In this document: piece by piece, positions 59,551 to 64,000 of the stretch | Layout: the number at the start of each line of letters is the position of its first letter | Position numbering within the stretch: position 1 is the first letter of the stretch | DNA from: an uncultured virus (IMG/VR IMGVR_UViG_3300001605_000015) | Taxonomy: Duplodnaviria > Heunggongvirae > Uroviricota > Caudoviricetes | Length of the DNA stretch: 64,000 bases | Strand: one strand, 5' to 3' | IMG/VR virus record: IMGVR_UViG_3300001605_000015 | Coordinates: 1 to 64,000 of that record | Notes under the pieces: model-generated | The model's database searches: none | What the model saw: the letters and a program-made list of their open reading frames with translations, nothing else | Told to the model about the DNA's origin: nothing | Position numbers and translations under genes: made by a program

Positions 59551-59931
59551 ATGGTAGACAGCATTCTTTCCGCAATCATCTGCATGACTGCTACTGTCTG
59601 GCTGGAAGCTCGTGGCGAAGGTCCAGACGCTATGGCGGCTGTCTCAGATACTATCATGGTCAGAACGGCGCGGCGAAACCAAAGCCCTTGCGAGGTTGTA
59701 AACGCACAAGGACAGTATGCCACAGGTGATGTAAATCTGGAATACATGGACGAGATTGAGCGTGAGGCATACGATGTTGCAAGACACGTATCGACCTTGG
59801 CTTATTTCGGCTATGGTCTTGGTATAGATGCCGACCACTTTCACAGGTATGACGTTACACCGCACTGGGCCGACGATTTTACCGTTGTTGGTAGGATAGG
59901 TTCACACATATTCTACGATAGCCAAGATTGA
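59551..59931 (+). CDS. Cell wall hydrolase, SleB/Hydrolase_2 family
   Basis: 'CMTATVWLEARGEG...AV...I.VR...CEVV..GQY...HFH...V.P.WA...RIGSHIFY'. Confidence 0.85.
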   Translation: MVDSILSAIICMTATVWLEARGEGPDAMAAVSDTIMVRTARRNQSPCEVVNAQGQYATGDVNLEYMDEIEREAYDVARHVSTLAYFGYGLGIDADHFHRYDVTPHWADDFTVVGRIGSHIFYDSQD

Positions 59932-60006
59932 CTAAAAAGCGTTGCGGCAAAGTTGTTTGCGACGCTATAACACGGTTATACGACAACCACAACACAGGAG
60001 CTTTCT

Positions 60007-60402
60007 ATGACTGACACCTATCTCCGCGCCAAGTTCGACGGCGACGTTATTGAAACGGTCGATCTGACAGCCGATCCCGAAAAGCTTGTGCGGCTTGCAA
60101 TGGGCAAAATCACTGGCGGTATGTATACGTCCAGCTACGAGGCTCAGATTGCCGCCGATTTGGATCAGGCACTTACGCTTATGATCTTCAAGCGCCTCGG
60201 ACTGACGGAAGCGCAACAGCAGGCCGTTGTTCGCGTCTTTCATCGCGGCGATGTTACCAAGGACGGCCAAGGCAATCGCTATCCCAAGCCGCTCACGCTG
60301 AGCGAGTTTGCCGACAAAGTTCAAGTCGGTCGGGACTGCGCTATGGTTCCTTGGCAGGGTCTTTATTTAGGGATAGAACCCGATGGCTACACGCATTCGT
60401 GA
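60007..60402 (+). CDS. Hypothetical protein (C-terminal 'LGIEPDGYTHS')
   Basis: Promoter at 59942, AACCAC..AGGAG leader. Confidence 0.8.
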   Translation: MTDTYLRAKFDGDVIETVDLTADPEKLVRLAMGKITGGMYTSSYEAQIAADLDQALTLMIFKRLGLTEAQQQAVVRVFHRGDVTKDGQGNRYPKPLTLSEFADKVQVGRDCAMVPWQGLYLGIEPDGYTHS

Positions 60403-60480
60403 CAGTGCGAAACGTCTTTACCCCGCAAGAAATCGCGGGGTATTCTATATCTGCGACAACCACACGTAGGAGCTTATTCC

Positions 60481-61504
60481 ATGTCTACTCTTATTTCGCT
60501 CCAAGACTGCAAGGGCTACAGCAGCGAGGCTAACCTGCTTCGCGCCTTGAAGCGCACGGGTCTTGACACCCATCCCTGTCGCCGGATCATCTGCCGCAAG
60601 CCTGACGGCAACTGGACCGCGATATTCCTTATCAGCGAGTATCTCAATCAACACGGCGGGTATGTTGGTTTTGCAAGCCAGCACGGCTTCATGAGCGTCT
60701 AGGAGGATCGACCATGCAACTTAAAGAATACTGGATCGTCAAAGGTCGCGTCACTGATCCCGAAGCGCATGAATACGAGGAAGGGGTTTTCGCCCCTGTC
60801 GGAATTACCGAGTGGCAGATCAGCGACGGCCCTCCCGGTGAGCGCGGTTCCTCTGCCGACTATTTGTGCCTTGAAACTGCTATCAAGGCACACGCTCCTG
60901 CAATCTTCCACTTCGTTGACGAGGAATAACAGATGCACGTCAAACATTCTTTCGCTGTTGAGTCCGATCGCTATGTGTTCGACTTCAACGAGTGCAGCTA
61001 TGCCAACGGCTTTTGTCAGATCGACACCAGCCAAGACGCTAGTTACTATGGCAACTGGGTCAACCTTACGGAACGCAAGGCCGTTACCTACGCCGAGGGA
61101 GATACGGCGCGGATCACCTTCGACAATGACGAAGAGATGGTCAACTGGCTCAACCGATTCCAGCAGCATGAAGCCCTCGGATTTATCCATATTGATCCGG
61201 GGCTTAACGAGATGTATGATAGGACTCTCGCGCAATGCAAGCAGCTTGGCATAGTCCATCTACTTCCGAAATCTTGTAAGGAATCAGCATGAGTTCCGAC
61301 GCAGCACTAAAATCTTTGGCAGAGCAAATCGAAGCTTTGCCAAAGGGCCGTAACTTGATTTATCACACCGGATCAGGAATGGCCCCTGTTCCTGCCCACA
61401 TCAAAAAATTTGTGGACAGTTACGCAAATCAAGGCATTGTCTCTAAGCACTACAAACGTGCTGATAAAGACAACCTGCACTTCATTGTGCAAAAGAGGGT
61501 ATGA
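60481..61504 (+). CDS. Run of four small hypothetical genes (60481-60702, 60714-60929, 60933-61292, 61289-61504)
   Basis: Hairpin promoter at 60417; each has an AGGA/GGAGG-type RBS. Confidence 0.7.
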
Positions 61505-61661
61505 TGTGTAGCTGCGAAAAATGGTTCCACAATGGCGCTATGGTTCGCGGCTACCATACCTCGCATCCTTTCGAACAAAGTTTCAGCGTGTCACCCACGG
61601 CGTCTGCAAAGATTGCCGTGTTTCTTCGTATCTGCCACCTAACCTACAAGGAGCATCTATC

Positions 61662-62060
61662 ATGGCACTTACGCTTGTTCACAACTCCGACGACGACAAG
61701 CAGATTGTAAACGCACAAGAAACAGCAACTCTTGTTGTGCGCACAGTCACTGTCGAAAAGTTCTCTGACCCAGAGCTAGGTTTCGCCTACGCAGATAGAC
61801 AAAAGAGGCTGTATCCTGCGGCGCAGGTGTATGCCCGCCGTCTATCCTTGACCGACCTTCCTGTGTTGTCGATGCTTGTTATTCAGGAAGCCAAAAAATT
61901 ACCCAATGGCTATGAGCTTTGCAAGGAAGATTTCAAGCCGTTGTTTGAACGCTGGCGCTATGCTGAGCAGTCGATCACGGCTACTCTTTGCAGGCTACAC
62001 AAAGAAAGTCACATGCACCGCGTAAGGCAAGGTTTTTACGTTCTCACGACCACTTTGTAA
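61662..62060 (+). CDS. Putative winged-helix DNA-binding protein
   Basis: AAGGAG RBS; 'AEQSITATLCRLHKESHMHRVRQGFYVLT'. Confidence 0.6.
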   Translation: MALTLVHNSDDDKQIVNAQETATLVVRTVTVEKFSDPELGFAYADRQKRLYPAAQVYARRLSLTDLPVLSMLVIQEAKKLPNGYELCKEDFKPLFERWRYAEQSITATLCRLHKESHMHRVRQGFYVLTTTL

Positions 62061-62157
62061 GAGCGATAATACTTGCGGCCCATGTTCCGCATTCCTATTC
62101 TACATCTATCGGGCAAACCACGGCCCGATAGTTTAACCCCAATCACGGAGTTCTCAC

Positions 62158-62592
62158 ATGGAACAGCTTGTCAAATCCAATCCGAACAAAAAGCTGCGCA
62201 AGACGAAGGTCGAGACGCAGGCAACCGAGGGCGCGGCCACCGAGGCACCCGCCAAGCGCACCAAAAAGGAGCTTGCCGAAGTCGAGCCGCGTCGGCTGCA
62301 CGTTGGCAACACGCCGAGTTCTTTCCGCGTCGGCAAATCGCTGACCCCCTTGCGCCACGACTATCGCTGCGGTCAGATGACCCAAAAGGACCACAGCTTC
62401 CTCAAAGACTGCATCGACTTCGCAGACGCAAGCGGCAAGTTCCCGCGTCTGAACGCGGATGCGGGGCGGCTTGGTCGCCTCTACACCCAGCAGTTCGTCA
62501 GCTACGACGAAATCGGTGTCTACGACGAGGACCAGACCATCTCGCTCACGGACAAAGCCCGCGAGTTTACCCGTCCCGTCAAGGCGGCGTAA
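62158..62592 (+). CDS. Hypothetical protein
   Basis: TTGCGG-17-TATTCT promoter at 62073, GGAG RBS. Confidence 0.75.
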   Translation: MEQLVKSNPNKKLRKTKVETQATEGAATEAPAKRTKKELAEVEPRRLHVGNTPSSFRVGKSLTPLRHDYRCGQMTQKDHSFLKDCIDFADASGKFPRLNADAGRLGRLYTQQFVSYDEIGVYDEDQTISLTDKAREFTRPVKAA

Positions 62593-62670
62593 TAACCGTG
62601 TTACATCGTCGGCTTACCCCGCTTAGGCGGGGTATTGCCATTTACAGAGCCAGCACAGGAGCCACGGCTA

Positions 62671-62967
62671 ATGCCTAACGACATGAACGAAGCAGACCAA
62701 CAAATCGCCATTGCTTGCGGTGAGCTAAAGGATGCCATCGCGGATATGATCACCGACCAATACCCCGAGGGTGTAAATCCCTATGTGCTTTCCTATGTTG
62801 GCTGCGACATGGCCGCACAAGGCGCAATGGCGCTTTATGGCAACGGGCGTTTCGAGACATTCGAACAAGCCTTAGAGTCGTGCATGGGCGGCGTCCGAGC
62901 CGCTATGGAACAGTATCAGCAAGCAGCCGATCCGCTTAACAGTCTGATCAAGCCTTCCGACAAGTAA
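62671..62967 (+). CDS. Hypothetical protein
   Basis: AGGAG RBS. Confidence 0.7.
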   Translation: MPNDMNEADQQIAIACGELKDAIADMITDQYPEGVNPYVLSYVGCDMAAQGAMALYGNGRFETFEQALESCMGGVRAAMEQYQQAADPLNSLIKPSDK

Positions 62968-63047
62968 GATCGAAACCTATTGCGCGGCGAGAAATCGCCG
63001 TGCTATCCATACATCACGGAAACCACACCAACCACGGAGTATACCCA

Positions 63048-63359
63048 ATGACGATCCAATTCCATGCCGTGATGCTTGACGAAACTGGCTGCGAGTTTGG
63101 CGCGACGATCAGCGCAACCACCAAAGACGAAGCGTGGGAGCTTGCCCGCGAGAACTACCCGGAAAGCCGCTGCGTCCAGTTGGAGTCTCCCGAAGACACG
63201 GCGGCGCGTGAGAAGCGCATCTACGACCAGTGCCTTATGGACGAAGGCGACTGGGACTTTGACGAGGACGACCTCGACTACGACGACGAGGATGACGATT
63301 TCGTTGATGACGAAACCATCTCGTTCAGTGGGCGTGACAGCATGTCGTATTACTACTGA
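63048..63359 (+). CDS. Acidic hypothetical protein
   Basis: Hairpin promoter at 62980, double AACCAC leader; D/E-rich tail. Confidence 0.75.
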   Translation: MTIQFHAVMLDETGCEFGATISATTKDEAWELARENYPESRCVQLESPEDTAAREKRIYDQCLMDEGDWDFDEDDLDYDDEDDDFVDDETISFSGRDSMSYYY

Positions 63360-63409
63360 GTTGCTCCACGGCTAGGTTGAGCTGCCTGCCTCGCTCCCTA
63401 GTCGCAACT

Positions 63410-63445
63410 GGCCCCTGCCGACTGCTCGCGGTGGGGGCCTTTTTT
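63410..63445 (+). terminator. Intrinsic terminator
   Basis: GGCCCCTGCCG-loop-CGGTGGGGGCC-T6. Confidence 0.8.
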
Positions 63446-63532
63446 GTTATAAGAAACCGCAAAACTTATTGCTTTACAGTAGTTTAGCGGGGTATACTAA
63501 AGCACAGAAACCACGCAAAACGGAGTTGCTAC

Positions 63533-63712
63533 ATGCCAAAGTTACAGTGGAACCTCAAGTTCGTTGACATCACGGACGACGAAGCAGCAGAGCTTGTTTC
63601 CGAAGGTCTCGCCTACCCGTCCGAAGACCCGGACGTTCTTTACCCCGAAGACGACGTTTCTCTCGTTTTCGTTGAAGAGAAAATCCACCATATGAGAAAG
63701 GACGGTATCTGA
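63533..63712 (+). CDS. Small hypothetical protein (59 aa), not in the ORF track
   Basis: TTGCTT-18-TATACT promoter, AACCAC..GGAG leader; MPKLQWNLKF...KDGI. Confidence 0.7.
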   Translation: MPKLQWNLKFVDITDDEAAELVSEGLAYPSEDPDVLYPEDDVSLVFVEEKIHHMRKDGI

Positions 63713-64000
63713 TGAACGCCACCAAGCGCCACATTTACCGAGTTGCACGTCGCATGATGCTCAAGTCGTCAGTGCGCGGCGGCTCCGCATTCGGTGTTGA
63801 CGACATATGGTATGAGGCCGTCATGTCTCCGAACCTCCCCGGCACACTGTCTCACTCGACGGTCAGGAAATACCTTAACGAGTTTGCTGATGCGGAGTTT
63901 CCGACTATCGAACGTGTAAAGTATGGTCGCTCGGTTCTCTACCGCATCAAGAAGATCGACTTCTTCGCCATGCCTGCGTTGAAGCCACAGGATGATGCCA
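63712..64000 (+). CDS. Putative winged-helix protein; runs off the window end
   Basis: TGATG coupling; 'LSHSTVRKYLNEFAD...IERVKYGRSVLYRI'. Confidence 0.6.
   Translation, partial: MNATKRHIYRVARRMMLKSSVRGGSAFGVDDIWYEAVMSPNLPGTLSHSTVRKYLNEFADAEFPTIERVKYGRSVLYRIKKIDFFAMPALKPQDDA

Larger units (their letters stand above)
541..62605. repeat. Dispersed 15 bp quasi-palindrome WATAAC-NNN-GTTAYW (at least 26 exact copies)
   Basis: Starts at 541, 1333, 4460, 6958, 11518, 12003, 17577, 22318, 23585, 25291, 26282, 27991, 28924, 30692, 31318, 41113, 43100, 45310, 48667, 50611, 52289, 54999, 56479, 58402, 59966, 62591. Confidence 0.9.
2804..63514 (+). promoter_or_regulatory. Dispersed AACCAC leader element immediately 5' of the Shine-Dalgarno sequence
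   Basis: At 2804, 24541, 27009, 30717, 38556, 49059, 50893, 52306, 54343, 55072, 56516, 57871/57878, 58590, 59144, 59985, 60458, 62116, 63021/63030, 63509. Confidence 0.8.

Noticed and set aside
541..62605. CRISPR array interpretation of the 15 bp repeat or the Cas4-like gene
   Set aside because: Copies are dispersed at irregular, mostly kb-scale spacing with no repeat-spacer array. Stand-alone Cas4-like nucleases are common in phages.

Overview
A 64 kb slice of a tailed (siphovirus-like) bacteriophage genome. All credible genes lie on the + strand. The host is probably an alphaproteobacterium; this is inferred from the tail-tip cassette, the DUF853 and DUF1353 genes and the tRNA style. Gene order: end of major capsid and head-tail genes (1-2.8 kb); tail tube, frameshifting tail chaperone, tape measure, tail tip and fibres (2.8-22.3 kb); lysis-type cassette with a heme-oxygenase-like gene and no visible endolysin (22.4-24.3 kb); accessory block with Ycf46-like AAA ATPase, DUF1257, DUF2997, a structured RNA, tRNA(CAT) and dCTP deaminase (24.4-32.3 kb); replication and recombination genes (DnaB, UDG-PolA fusion, primase, SSB, SF2 helicase, RecA, nucleases, RuvC; 32.4-50.4 kb); many small early-type genes with their own sigma70-like promoters (50-64 kb). 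Several N-containing spots create artefactual frameshifts. The most striking signals are non-coding. (1) A stand-alone ~90 nt candidate sRNA at 24404 whose predicted 5' end (GUGGUU) is the reverse complement of an AACCAC element in the leaders of about 19 genes. (2) A 15 bp quasi-palindrome WATAAC-N3-GTTAYW found at least 26 times across the window. (3) Promoters whose -35/-10 spacer is a GC hairpin. (4) A ~240 nt nested-stem RNA with a T-loop next to the tRNA. All family assignments come from motif recognition by eye, not database searches.
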